A stretch of DNA of 64,000 nucleotides from Lachnospiraceae bacterium (lineage in GTDB: Bacteria > Bacillota > Clostridia > Lachnospirales > Lachnospiraceae): positions 378-64,377 of the forward strand of contig JAJQCQ010000079.1 of NCBI GenBank assembly GCA_021202635.1, in the 5' to 3' direction. The notes beneath the pieces are model-generated. The model made no database searches. It was not told where the DNA came from and saw only the letters and a list, made by a program, of their open reading frames with translations. A program made the position numbers and the translations under genes. Of the stretch, positions 42,867-54,277 are shown one piece after another; position 1 is the stretch's first letter; each line of letters starts with the position of its first letter.

Positions 42867-44604
42867 TTATTTGCTCGCAGAATAATATTCATTATAGAGG
42901 TTGACAAGGTTAGCCGCATTCTGCGCTTCTACTTCTGCTACATAAGTATCCCAGTCTGCATCTATATCTGCCTGTCCCATTGCAAATTTCAGTGTCCATG
43001 TATTGATTGTATCCTGCAATGGGGTAGCCCACAGATTAGCCATCTCTGAATCATCTTCGCTCATCGCAATCGCCGGGTCAACTTCACACAGATCCCTGTA
43101 CTCATCCATCCGGTTATAATAATCTTGCAGTTCATCCGAGAAATTGCTGATCAAAAGCGCAAGGCTGCCGCTATACATGAAGTTCCCACAGCCATAGCCA
43201 TACTCTAAGCGAAGGTCAACCTGGTCATCCGAAGTCTGGGCAATGGAAAGGCCTCCACAGTAATATTCATCCATAAGGGAATAATTCCCATCTTCATCAA
43301 CTGTGTAATGTTCCCCTTCTACTCCCCACTTTGTCATCGTCAATGCGCTTTCAGAATACCAGAGCCAGTCAACAAAACGCATCAATTTTATAAATTCGTC
43401 TTCACTAAGCCCATCCAAAGCGGTAGAAGAAATACAAACACCGCACTCCAGACGGGACTTTTCAGTCTGGTAGTTACAATTGCCTTTTGGAATAACGATC
43501 TCATATACAGAGAAATTGCCTTCGCCAAGCTGAGATTCCAGTCCATCTATCTGTGTCGTATATGTCGTACCGTTGGTAGTGATCAGTGCGGTTTCACCAC
43601 GGTAGAACTTTCCATCAGCAGTGTCGTCCTCCTGGCTCCATGTCTCCGGGTCAAGGATCCCCTCGCTCACAAGGCGCTGCACTGCCTTCATATATTCCTT
43701 ATATTTATCGCTTGTAGCACTGAGGACAAATTCATCATTATCCCAGTCAAAATATAACCCGGCGGAGTTTGATGTGATCCCCCAGCCGCTGTAAATACCA
43801 AAGGAAGCTGCCATCAGGTTCAGCAGGCAGCCGCCCTGCCCATAGCCGGAAGTAGCGCCGCACCACCGGTCAGACCAGATATAATCAGACTCCCCGACTA
43901 TCCCCCTGCTCTACCATATATGCTTTCACATCAATCAGGATATCTGTAAACTCATCCCATGTCCAGTTTTCTTCCAGGGCTGTTACATCGTAGCCTGCTG
44001 CCTCAAACAGGTCCGAGCGGATAAGGATTGAGTAATTCTGCAAAGCGGCCTCTTTTAAACCAGGCAGGCGGTAATATTTACCATCCTCCTGGAGGAGGGA
44101 ATCAACTTCAGACTGCAGGTCATATTCCTCGATCATCCCTGTATAATTTGGCATATACTGGGTATACTCAGAAACCGGTACAATGCCTCCGCCTGTCACA
44201 TAAGCGGTCTCACTATACATTTTCGGAATTATGTACGGTGCTGTACCTCCGGAAATTGCCAGCGTCACCTTATCAGAATAGCTTGCGTTATTTACAACAG
44301 TTATGTCCAGGTTAACATTGGTTTCCTTGGTAATCTCATTAAAAATACCACCTTCGCCATACCAGCTGTCCTTGATCGGATATGCGTCGTTGTCATTAAA
44401 GAACATCGTGTACGTCACCGGCTCATCCGAATAAAATTTCGTGCCGTAAGTATAGCCAAGGTCTGCATTGTAATAGCTGCCATCCCCGTTATCCGTATCT
44501 TCGCTTGCAAAAACGGACAACGGACTTATTGCGCCAGAGATAGCAACACCCATCATGCCTGCTGCGGAACCCTTCAAGAAATCTCTTCTGGATATTGTTT
44601 TCAT
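42867..44604 (-). pseudogene. Extracellular solute-binding protein (ABC transporter, large family-1 type) split at a G5 tract
   Basis: N-terminal piece with a Tat/lipoprotein-like signal (MKTISRRDFLKGSAAGMMGVAISG). Frame is lost at CAGGGGGATAG (C5 on + strand, 43902-43906). With G4 the reading continues EQGIVGESDYIWSDRWCGATSGYGQGGCLLNLMAASFGIYSGWG into ORF 42867..43814. Confidence 0.7.
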
Positions 44605-44769
44605 TTTCAGTTACCTCCTTAAGTATAATTTGGGGAAATCATGTAAACATCAGCCTCCCGTCCGCACACAGTACACCATGTATAATTACATGATTCCATA
44701 TTTAATGTATGCACCAGCCTTTTATAAAAAGGCAAATGGCCAACAAAACACTGGCTGTAGAAATTGTCT

Positions 44770-46164
44770 TTAAACTCTGCAAATTCCATCAATCCATTCA
44801 AACAGTTCAGGGAGGTCATAATCCCCATCATGCTTGATTTCCCATGGGATGCAATAATCCACCTGGTTTCCAGCCATCTGCAGCTTTATTGCAAGTATAG
44901 CAGAAACAGCAAGTGAGGTATCCCTGTCACATTCCCCATGGCGGATGCGCCAATACTTCGTTATTTTTGTGTCCGGGTCATCAATATAATACATTGGATT
45001 CATCATCTTTATAGCATCATACTCTGCTGTTATGCCTCCGCATACGCTGTGATCAGCGCTATATTGCGTAAAATGACAGCAGTCATGTTCTGCATCGCCA
45101 AAAAGGTCATTTTCATAATTATCCAAATCCAAACCATCAAATGCAGGCGGCAGCTTCATACGTGTAATATCACGCACAAATCCACCAAAATCTACAGATT
45201 CTACCCGGCCTTCACAGACTACCAGCCATTTCTTATCTTCAATATTTTCCCCGTTATCAAGCGCAGCTTGCGCTGATTCCTTAACCAGATCCTTTATGTA
45301 TTCTTTAAAAGATCCTTCCCCGTCAGTTTCCAGCGTAAGTGCTTTGCCATCCAGGCCTTTAAGATTAAGAGAATTGACATAATCGGGGAATTGTGTCCTT
45401 TCTTCGCCCGAGACTTGTATCTGGAAATCGGATAATTTTCCTTCTTCATCTGAATATGTATGGTCCAGAACATTCAGACGCCGCCGGTAATAGCTATTCA
45501 CCCCATAAAACTGCCACTCATAGGCGCTGTCTGCGTGGTCAAGGTTTGTAATCGGGCAGTAACAGGAAGCCGCAAGCACATCATCCCTTTCCACTGCAGC
45601 ACCAAGTGCTTCCAGTTCCGATACATAATCCGGATGGTTGCCGGTCGCGCCCATCAAAGCGGAAAGGGCCCCGCCTGCGCTGGAACCACTTGTGATTATT
45701 TTGTCCTTATCCCCTGGGAATTTCTCCGCATAATGGCGAAGGAACCGCACAGCCGCTTTATAATCAACGATAGCAGCCGGCGCCTTCCCAATATTCATAC
45801 CCTCAGAATCTTTTAAAGTACGTCCGCGCAATGCCGGAACCGCCACTACATACCCGTGATATAGTGCCTGGAATACCGTATTTGGCTCTATTATGCCATT
45901 TTTTTCGTGGCTGCCAGGTTCCACAATTTCCCCCGGGCGATAACCACCCACATAATTTGGCACAAAGACCGGGGCTGTGTCGGCCATATATCCATTCACA
46001 CTCAAGTCCTCATAATAAGCCTCTGGTACATAGATATTCATCTGCTGGTATTGCGCACATACCGGCCGGTCGACATAAATGAGGTTTTTAAAACTCCTGT
46101 ATCGAAGCGTTTTACCTGCTACAGAAACATTTTCAATTGTATAATTCGTCTGGTTAAACTTCAT
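44770..46164 (-). CDS. Alpha/beta hydrolase of the subtype-B tannase family (tannase/esterase-like)
   Basis: Nucleophile elbow ITSGSSAGGALSALMG. CYCPITNLDHADSAYEWQF closely mirrors the Lactobacillus plantarum tannase block AYCPIHNLEHADMAYEWQF (from memory). Start ATG 46164 (MKFNQTNY...). Confidence 0.65.
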   Translation of the reverse strand: MKFNQTNYTIENVSVAGKTLRYRSFKNLIYVDRPVCAQYQQMNIYVPEAYYEDLSVNGYMADTAPVFVPNYVGGYRPGEIVEPGSHEKNGIIEPNTVFQALYHGYVVAVPALRGRTLKDSEGMNIGKAPAAIVDYKAAVRFLRHYAEKFPGDKDKIITSGSSAGGALSALMGATGNHPDYVSELEALGAAVERDDVLAASCYCPITNLDHADSAYEWQFYGVNSYYRRRLNVLDHTYSDEEGKLSDFQIQVSGEERTQFPDYVNSLNLKGLDGKALTLETDGEGSFKEYIKDLVKESAQAALDNGENIEDKKWLVVCEGRVESVDFGGFVRDITRMKLPPAFDGLDLDNYENDLFGDAEHDCCHFTQYSADHSVCGGITAEYDAIKMMNPMYYIDDPDTKITKYWRIRHGECDRDTSLAVSAILAIKLQMAGNQVDYCIPWEIKHDGDYDLPELFEWIDGICRV

Positions 46165-46460
46165 TGGTATCCCGCCTTCAAATCTTATAGGATAAACTCT
46201 AGCACTATTTGACTTTAAGGTCAATCATTCTTTGTACGTTTTTTACAATTTTTATTTTATTTTCAGAATTGTTCTTGGTTAAAATCGACATTTTCTTGCC
46301 ATTTGTTGACTTAAACACATACTGTATTATGTTTTTTAAGCATTTGGATTGATGTTTTCCCGTATTGGCTCCCCGTCCCTGGTGCATCCACCCCACATTT
46401 TTCCTTATTTTCCAGGCATAACGCAAAAGCGCACACCCTTCTCCTTCATGAGTAACCCTA

Positions 46461-47237
46461 TTGTCAATCTTTAGGATTTTGCGCGGGAATCCTCGGTTGT
46501 TCAAGTATGAAAGCATCTATTGGCCCAAATATCTGAACAAATCCAGTTCATATCAGATATACTCGGCACTGTTTACTTTCGAATTTGCCTGTTTTCTGTC
46601 AAAGAAGCTTGCCTTGATTAATCCTGGTAAATCATTCAAAATTGGCATCATTGCGCCGTACCGTGCACAAGCCGACTTGCTGGACAAACTTCTTTCATCC
46701 GAAGCGCTGCCAAAACAGGTCGAAGTGCAGGCAGGGACAATACACGGATTCCAGGGTGACGAGTGCGACATTATCTTAGCCGTTTTTAATACCCCGCCCT
46801 CGATTTCAAATAATCCGGGCATGTTCCTAAATAAGCGGAACATTATCAATGTTTCCATCAGCCGGGCAAGGGACTACTTGTTTATCATTATGCCGGACAA
46901 CAACACGGAAAGAATTGATAATCTGAGGCTGGTAAAAAGGGTCGAACGAATCGCAAAGTCTTCTAATTGCTGTACTGAATATACTGCTTCGCAATTAGAG
47001 ACACTCATGTTTGGCAGGTCAAACTACCTGGAAGAAAACACATTTTCAACTGGGCATCAAACCGTAAATGTATACGGGCTGCCAGAAAAATCTTACGAGG
47101 TACGTTCAGAAGATACTGCGGTGGATATTCAGATACATAAATATAGCTGGGCAATGCCACCAGGGAGAAAAAAACAAGATACAGGAAATGAGTTAATGGC
47201 AAAACAAGAACTGGATAATTCCATATATTCATACTAA
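46461..47237 (+). pseudogene. C-terminal fragment of an SF1 (AAA_12-type) helicase; N-terminal ATPase half missing
   Basis: IGIIAPYRAQADLL...GTIHGFQGDECDIILAVF...INVSISRARDYLFII are helicase motifs V/VI only. There is no Walker A or upstream coding sequence. Confidence 0.6.
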
Positions 47238-47341
47238 TAAAGAAGAAAACCCCGGCGCTATGTCCAGGGTTTTCCGAAAAAATTACATTCTTTTACCTGT
47301 TTTTTAGAGGGGACAGGTTAACCTGTCCTCCCCATTTCTTG

Positions 47342-48400
47342 TTAATAGTTCCGTTTTTTCCGGTAACATCCGCCAGCCAGCAGGAACGCGGCCGCTGCCA
47401 GAAGCAGGCTGAAGTACATTCCGACCGGCGTGTCATCGCCTGTCTTAACCGAGGCAGATTCCGTCTCCGTTTCAGATTCTGCCGGACTCTCGCTTTCGGT
47501 TTTTTCATCCTCGATTTTCTTGTTCGTGATTGTTGTTGTCGCAGTCATACTGGTTTCAAGGTTCAGTATTACGATTGCCCCATCCACGCTTACCTCATAC
47601 GGAAAGCTTCCATTGTTTCCGACAGGTACACCGTTCTCATCAACCTCAGCCACATAAAGCGTTGCCGTCTCACCCGGTGCGACGCTGACCTTTACCACAG
47701 AGCTTGCTTCAGAATCTCCTCCCAGGTCAAGGGCTATGATATTCTGGTCAACTCTGTCTGAAAGTTCTGTGTACGAGTCATCCTCGAAAATGCCGACATA
47801 GAAGGTCTCGTTACTGTTCAGCGCCAGTCCGGCTGCATTCAGCAGTTTCTTTGTGACTGTCAGTTCCGCTTCTATCGAATATCCTCCATTCGGGATTGTC
47901 ATATACTGGTTTTCGAAATACTTCGTCACATTACCGTCTTCATCTTCGACTACAACCTCATTTCCGTCACCGAATTCTACATAATACAGAGTCCCGTCTG
48001 CCAGCGCGCCGGCGAGGATCCTTACACCATCTTCGTCGCACTCAGCAATATAATACGTCCTGCCAAGGTCAAGCCCTGAGAAGGTTACTGTTGTTGCTGA
48101 AGCGTTAGCATAATAGAGTTCTTCCACCTCAGATACCCGGTCTGTACATTCTTCATCGGCATACAGTGCCACGTAGAACGTTTCCTCATCTGCAATCAGG
48201 CCGTAACCATCGTATGTCAGTTTCTTTGTTACAGAAATTGTTGCATTTTCACTGGTTACATAGGTTTCCTCTTCGGTGTCCGTTTCCGTTTCTGTGTCCG
48301 ACTCAGACTCAGTATCTGTCTCCCTCTCAGAATTGGTTTCTGTATCTGCTTCCGTTTCAGTATCAGACTGTTTCTCAGAGTCTGTTTCCGTCTCCTTTGT
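47342..48400 (-). pseudogene. Sortase-anchored surface protein fragment without a start codon (two Cna-B/SpaA-like repeats, T/E/D/S-rich linkers, C-terminal sorting signal)
   Basis: The frame is open from the TAA at 48401-48403 with no ATG/GTG/TTG until GTG 48172. C-terminus SVKTGDDTPVGMYFSLLLAAAAFLLAGGCYRKKRNY is a motif + TM + basic tail. Duplicated module VTKKL..ETFYV(A/G).(Y/F)(A/E)D. Confidence 0.55.
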
Positions 48401-48475
48401 TTAATGTATATCGTCCAGTCCAGTGGATCTGGTGATATCTTTTGCGTGAGTAAAATAAGTGCTGATTATGTTATA

Positions 48476-49426
48476 TCAGGAACCGGAACTGTACGCGGTT
48501 ACATAGTAGTAACAGGTGTCCCAGCTGGAAGATGGAAGATCGAGGTTCAGAAATCCCCCGCTTCCCTCACCTAATCCTTCGTAACCGTTTGTGTCTGTCA
48601 GCAGTCCGGAATAAACGTATACCGGCTCGGCTTCCTGGAAATATAAGATAGTTACTTCCGGTAAAGATACAGCCCCTGATGACATATTGACAGCGCTGAC
48701 ACGCATATGGTCGTCTTGCGCTGACAGGTTTATTTGGATATTTGCAGCAGCCGATTCATATATTGACTCAGAAACCGCCCATGAGCTGTTTGCGTAAGCG
48801 GCATCTTCCCCGTAATAATTCACAGCGTAGATGCAGGCAGTAGCACCGGCGCCAAGACAGGGGATGCAGGCAGACGAGGTCCCGATGGATTCATTCGAGT
48901 CATCGAGATAATCAACCGTCAGCCCCAGGAATATATCATAGGAATTTTCATTGGTCACTACGTAACCTGCGCACTGCTGTCCATCCGGCCCGATTAATGT
49001 ATACATTTTCGAACAGGACACGCCGGAAGGCTCTGCCGTTGTTTCGCCTGCTGCAGCAACGGAAAAGGATCTGTACAGGTAAGAAGCAGTTTCTTCATAA
49101 TAATTCGGTACGCTGATGAAGACCGTTTCACCGGGTTCCACGGAAGGAACAAATGAGGAGCCGCTTCCGATGTTCCCATATTCTGCGTCGCGGAACTCTA
49201 TGTTCAGCCCGAGATTAACAGCTATAGAATTATAATTTGTGACCAGGTAGCCGATGCACTGCTGCCCGTCCGGGCCCGGCATGACGTACATGTCAGAAGC
49301 ATCCAGCCCTGAAGTGACCGTTTTTTCTTCTATCGGTACATCCTGTGCCGCCAAGGCGGATATGTTTGTGGCCAAAGCCATGGAGAGTGCGAATGCCAGC
49401 ATGGCTAATTTTGGGGTTCTTTTCAT
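48476..49426 (-). CDS. Secreted protein with internal duplication
   Basis: Signal peptide MKRTPKLAMLAFALSMALATNISALAA. Two homologous halves (MYVMPGPDGQQCIGYLVTNYNSIAVNLGLNIEF... / MYTLIGPDGQQCAGYVVTNENSYDIFLGLTVDY...). AAGGAGA RBS before ATG 49426. Confidence 0.6.
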   Translation of the reverse strand: MKRTPKLAMLAFALSMALATNISALAAQDVPIEEKTVTSGLDASDMYVMPGPDGQQCIGYLVTNYNSIAVNLGLNIEFRDAEYGNIGSGSSFVPSVEPGETVFISVPNYYEETASYLYRSFSVAAAGETTAEPSGVSCSKMYTLIGPDGQQCAGYVVTNENSYDIFLGLTVDYLDDSNESIGTSSACIPCLGAGATACIYAVNYYGEDAAYANSSWAVSESIYESAAANIQINLSAQDDHMRVSAVNMSSGAVSLPEVTILYFQEAEPVYVYSGLLTDTNGYEGLGEGSGGFLNLDLPSSSWDTCYYYVTAYSSGS

Positions 49427-49530
49427 AGGTTTCTCCTTTTGTATTTTTTGTACCACCAGGCCTGGCGGTATCCTTCGTGTAAGCAGCGATTGCTTTGTAA
49501 TTTCTGGAAATCCAACTGTTCCCGGCGTAA

Positions 49531-50399
49531 TTATCCGGCATAATAAACTTCCCTGAACGGCTGGGTGGAACTATAGGATGTCGCGGCGGCGATCCATCCG
49601 GTTTTCCCGTTGGCCTGGACTTTGATTGCAAGCTTCCCGTTCTTATACGAAAAGGCTGAGACAGTGACTTTCGTCCCTGCTGTGATCGTAAAAGATTTGC
49701 TCTTTAAAGTAGCAGTCTTATATGCAGTCATACTCTTGTTCGCAGTGAGCGTCCTGCCGGAATTGGTTCCGGTGGATACTATTTTGCTGATGCTCATGGA
49801 TGCTTTCTGGGCAAGGCTGCCTGACTCGTATTTAAACGTAAGATCACAGTATACGCCGCCCAGGGTGTAATTCATAAAATTCAAACGGATGACGATTTTT
49901 TCCCGCTGACGGACTGTGTTTCTGCAAATACGTAAGAATTATAATTCTGGAAAAGTTTCTGGATGTCATATACGATCTTGAATTTTCCGGAACCTTTTTT
50001 ATATTGCAGGATATAGGTCACATGATACATATCCGCGTCAGCAGCTGCATCCAGAAACAGGTATGCTTTCCCGTTGCTTAAAGTGAGAATCTTTACGTCG
50101 AATTCATAGACGCCTATGGTGGTCTTCAGGGTATAGGCCGTCTTACCATTCACTTTGATTTTCAGTGTGGATGGCGGTGCATTGTAATCCCAGGAGAGGC
50201 TGGTTGCAGTCAGTTTTACCTTGTCAGCCTTACCGTCCCCGGTTACATCGTATTGCGTATACTGTTTGCCCGCTGTAAGCGTGTAGACACCGGCTGTCGC
50301 TGCCTGTACGTTCCGCCCGGGGATGAGCATCCCTGCAAGGAAGACAATCGCAGACAGCAAAAATAGCTTGTTGATTTTGCTTAAAATTGTGTGTGCCAT
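49531..50399 (-). pseudogene. Secreted protein (FG-GAP/VCBS-like DVTGDGKADKV motif) split at an A6 tract
   Basis: Signal peptide MAHTILSKINKLFLLSAIVFLAGMLIPGRNVQA. The ORF ends ...SVSGKKSSSV at GGGAAAAAATCG (T6 on + strand, 49896-49901). With A7 the reading continues GKKIVIRLNFMNYTLGGVYCDL... into ORF 49531..49884. Confidence 0.6.
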
Positions 50400-50813
50400 G
50401 TTCTTTTTTCTCCTTCTCTCATTTGTGCATTGCATGTTGTCCTGCGGTTTAATAATATTTTTTTACTCCACCACCTTTCGTATAGATTCGTAAATGCCTT
50501 GCCCGGATTGGCTGCTGCTTTTTTGAAATGAAGCCTTGGAGCGGATCCGGATGGGTGTACTGTGTAATAATTCATCACCTCGCCTTCTATCTCTAAGACA
50601 GGCGAGAAGCTGAAAAAGTTTTATGAATTTCAAAAAAAAATAAATATTTCCTGCTATTTGGCAGCATTAATAAAGTGTAGGTTTTTGTCGATCTGATTCC
50701 AGACGTAAAATCAAGAGCAAAATTGTGCAATTTGTTCATTTATGAGTGGAAAATGGCGAAAGGATGTGCTAAAATGTGAAATTGAAATGAAAGGGAAAAT
50801 GGTGCGCGGAAAC

Positions 50814-51679
<866 letters not shown>

Positions 51680-51696
51680 TTGGTTATCACAAAAGA

Positions 51697-51718
51697 AAAT
51701 GCTCATAAATGAGCATTT
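51697..51718. promoter_or_regulatory. Perfect 10-bp inverted repeat (operator-like) in the 5' leader of 51743 gene
   Basis: AAATGCTCAT-AA-ATGAGCATTT, located between the -10 box and the start codon. Confidence 0.4.
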
Positions 51719-51742
51719 AAAGTACGCAGGGGGATATGGGTT

Positions 51743-52252
51743 ATGGATGGATTGAAAAGGCTGCTGCGCAGGTTTCTGCTTTATTTTCTCGGTGTGATTC
51801 TGTTTATGGCCATAGCATCAGGGGAAGGCCTCGGTTTCATAGGCAGTATATTATCGGATGAAGAAGCAGGCAGCGTATTGTGCATGTTAGCAGGTATAGC
51901 AATCGTGTGCATGTTTGCATGGTGGTTCGCAAAAGCTGCCGGGAGATATTTCCTGCAACAATATTTCCCGGGGCTTTACAGGAAGCGTTACGGCGGTTCC
52001 GCGCAGCCGCGTCAGAAGAGGCGCAGGTGGCAGGATAAAATGGATGACGGGATCAAGGCTGGCGTGTTTGGCCTGATTATGCCCAAACAGCGTACGGAAG
52101 CGGATATTAAGTCAGAGAAACGTGCTGCCGCAAGCAAGAGTAAGGGTTTCTATGATGCGAAATTAGAGAATCCGAACTTAAGTGAAAAAGATAAACGGTA
52201 TTTTAAAGGCAAGTCGAATTATTATGGTGATGAGATAAAACGGAACAGCTGA
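51743..52252 (+). CDS. Hypothetical membrane protein with basic C-terminal tail
   Basis: Two hydrophobic spans (LLYFLGVILFMAIASG; VLCMLAGIAIVCMFAWWFA) followed by a K/R-rich tail. No family recognised. Confidence 0.45.
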   Translation: MDGLKRLLRRFLLYFLGVILFMAIASGEGLGFIGSILSDEEAGSVLCMLAGIAIVCMFAWWFAKAAGRYFLQQYFPGLYRKRYGGSAQPRQKRRRWQDKMDDGIKAGVFGLIMPKQRTEADIKSEKRAAASKSKGFYDAKLENPNLSEKDKRYFKGKSNYYGDEIKRNS

Positions 52253-52346
52253 ATCTTTTACCTGCTTACGGGTATAATGTGATTACATACAACATCATGT
52301 TTTTAATACAGCCACCCAGAGATTACTTTGGGTGGCTGCTGTTAGG

Positions 52347-52897
52347 TTACGGCATTGCGTTGCGGATCTGATTGTTTATTATCAATTCATCGAACGTGAC
52401 CGGCATGTAATTGTTTATCATACATCCGGCGTTTAAGGCGCGGTCTTCTGTGCAGATGAACTTCGCACCGCCGCTTTCGCCGTCACCGCGGCCCCTGTGG
52501 ATATGGCCGTAAACGTGCCAGTAGCTGCGATAGTAGCCGTACCACTCGGCTAATGGGAAGTGGCATAAGATGATTTTCCTATCGCCGTCTGATATCTGCT
52601 CAATCTGTGATATGGATTCCAATTCTTTTAGAGCAGACTCGCTCTGCAGGATAAGATAATCATGGTTGCCCTTAATTAAATGCTTGCGTCCGTGTAGGCG
52701 TTTCAGGTACCAATCGGGAGAATATCTGGACTTATAGCAGAAGTCACCGATGATATACACGTCGTCGTCCTTCTGGACACAGGCATACCAGTTGCCATCA
52801 GGGTTCGGTCCATTTCCTCGACATCGGCGAATAGACGGTTGTCGAATGTAATCGCGTTGGCATGACCTAAGTGTAGGTCGGAAGTATAATAAATCAT
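52347..52897 (-). pseudogene. Calcineurin-like metallophosphoesterase (phage-type), frameshifted
   Basis: MIYYTSDLHLGHANAI...DVEEMDRTLM in one frame, then NWYACVQKDDDVYIIGDF...KGNHD...GHIH in another. The junction is at CTGATGGCAACTGG (52788-52801), consistent with loss of 1 nt. This one is not at a long homopolymer. Confidence 0.7.
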
Positions 52898-53016
52898 TTG
52901 GTATCACCTTCTTAAAACGTTAAATATTGGGGTGTTTTTACGCTTCAAATAAATTTCAGAGCATTACATCGTGGGTTTATATCTCAGCGATGCGTCCTGG
53001 AGCGTTTTTCTGAAAA

Positions 53017-53400
53017 TCATACTGCATCATATAATTCTTTTTCTATAATCCCGTGCTCCAGGAATTCCGGTATGCATTCGTCTATTGCTTTCTGTTTCAG
53101 GTTCTGTTCAGGAAAAAGACTGTCTTTAAGCAGGATTCCGATTGGGAATATGTACTTTTCGAACCTGTGGCACCGGATGTCATTGTAGTTCGTGCATATC
53201 TCGATGCCATTCTTGCGAGACAGGTAATCCAGCGTTGCAAGCAGGTATAAGCTTTCAAACGTAAGACCTTCATTCCAGTATTTCCGTATATCGTCTGATT
53301 CCAGCACATCGATCATGAACTGGATATCGCCTTTATGCACCAGGCTGTGTGAAACATTGCTTCGGAAATTCATAAAGTCACGGTGTTTTTCATCTGTCAT
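53017..53400 (-). CDS. Hypothetical protein (127 aa)
   Basis: Clean ORF, 7 nt downstream of the preceding gene. No family recognised. Confidence 0.4.
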   Translation of the reverse strand: MTDEKHRDFMNFRSNVSHSLVHKGDIQFMIDVLESDDIRKYWNEGLTFESLYLLATLDYLSRKNGIEICTNYNDIRCHRFEKYIFPIGILLKDSLFPEQNLKQKAIDECIPEFLEHGIIEKELYDAV

Positions 53401-53407
53401 ATTCTTC

Positions 53408-53728
53408 TCACCTCGCGTTGATCCCGGTTACGAATGCCAGGTAGCAGGCAAAGTCTCCGATCGCCTTGCGGTTGTACGGATCTTTTTCATCGCCGAATAC
53501 ATCCCGCCACGCAGCGGGTTTCCCCATAGAGCGTAACAGGCGTGCCATGAGGTTGACGTGTGTAATTACGGAATCGTGGGCGGATGTCCTGCCGGGGTCT
53601 TTCTCCATCTTCTCTTCTACGTCCAGCATGGGCCATGACGCACGGATGTTGGCATATTTATTGGCAGCTTTTAACAGGTCTGCGTAATTCTCCAGTGCAT
53701 CCGGATCGTTGCCGATCTCATCAGCCAT
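53408..53728 (-). CDS. Hypothetical protein (106 aa)
   Basis: Clean ORF forming a two-gene unit with 53017..53400. No family recognised. Confidence 0.4.
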   Translation of the reverse strand: MADEIGNDPDALENYADLLKAANKYANIRASWPMLDVEEKMEKDPGRTSAHDSVITHVNLMARLLRSMGKPAAWRDVFGDEKDPYNRKAIGDFACYLAFVTGINAR

Positions 53729-54277
53729 CTGTTCTAACGTGAGTGCCTACGGTTCTTTCAAATAATTCTCGTATGTGCTTACAGTAATCATATTGGATGT
53801 CATCTCCTTTGATCCTACAGTTTAGCATATCGTACGGTCTGGTGCAATATAGAAAAAAGCAGGCTCATCTGTTCCTTATAGGGAATCAGACTAGCCTGTT
53901 TTTTGGGATCATAGCCTGGTTAAGCAAAACTGTGCCTGGCTGCACCGTTGCTTCACTTGGCAGATTTTCTCCCGTGGATTCTGCATCGCATGTAATATTT
54001 TGGGAAATCAGGCTGCTGTAATATCATTCGTTCCGGATATCGCGTATCGGATCGCTGTGATCTACGGTACAATTAATATGTTTGTCAAACGGACACTTAT
54101 CCTGAATTATTCACGGCGGTATGAAATATCCATATCCTAGCCGTAATAATGGTCCCGGATACCGCTTGTAGTGAATCTTTTCTCGCGGAAATACAGCAAG
54201 GCCTGTAAAAAAGGACAGACTCCTCCCGTGATATAAGAAATTTCACTTTTGCGGCTGTCAAGGTTCGTTATCAGTTG

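Noticed and set aside
46205-46516. 103-aa minus-strand ORF between the tannase-like gene and the helicase fragment
   Set aside because: It is an AT-rich region with no RBS and an odd Lys/Asn-rich composition. It overlaps the start of the helicase-fragment ORF and is probably non-coding DNA at a deletion scar.
48230-48400. Apparent short tandem DNA repeats (gtttccg / gtttctg / gtatctg units), considered as a possible repeat array or CRISPR-like structure
   Set aside because: The units are 6-9 nt and irregular, with no spacer structure. On the minus strand they simply encode a Thr/Glu/Asp/Ser-rich linker (TETDSEKQSDTETEADTETNSERETDTESESDTETETDTEEE) of the surface-protein fragment.
53853-53904. 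A6-hairpin-T6 structure (gcaggct...agcctgt) left of the IS1380 remnant, considered as a terminator or small RNA end
   Set aside because: It looks like a bidirectional terminator, but no gene ends nearby on either strand (the nearest ends are 53728 and 54278). It is likely a relic of the decayed element and was not listed as a functional feature.
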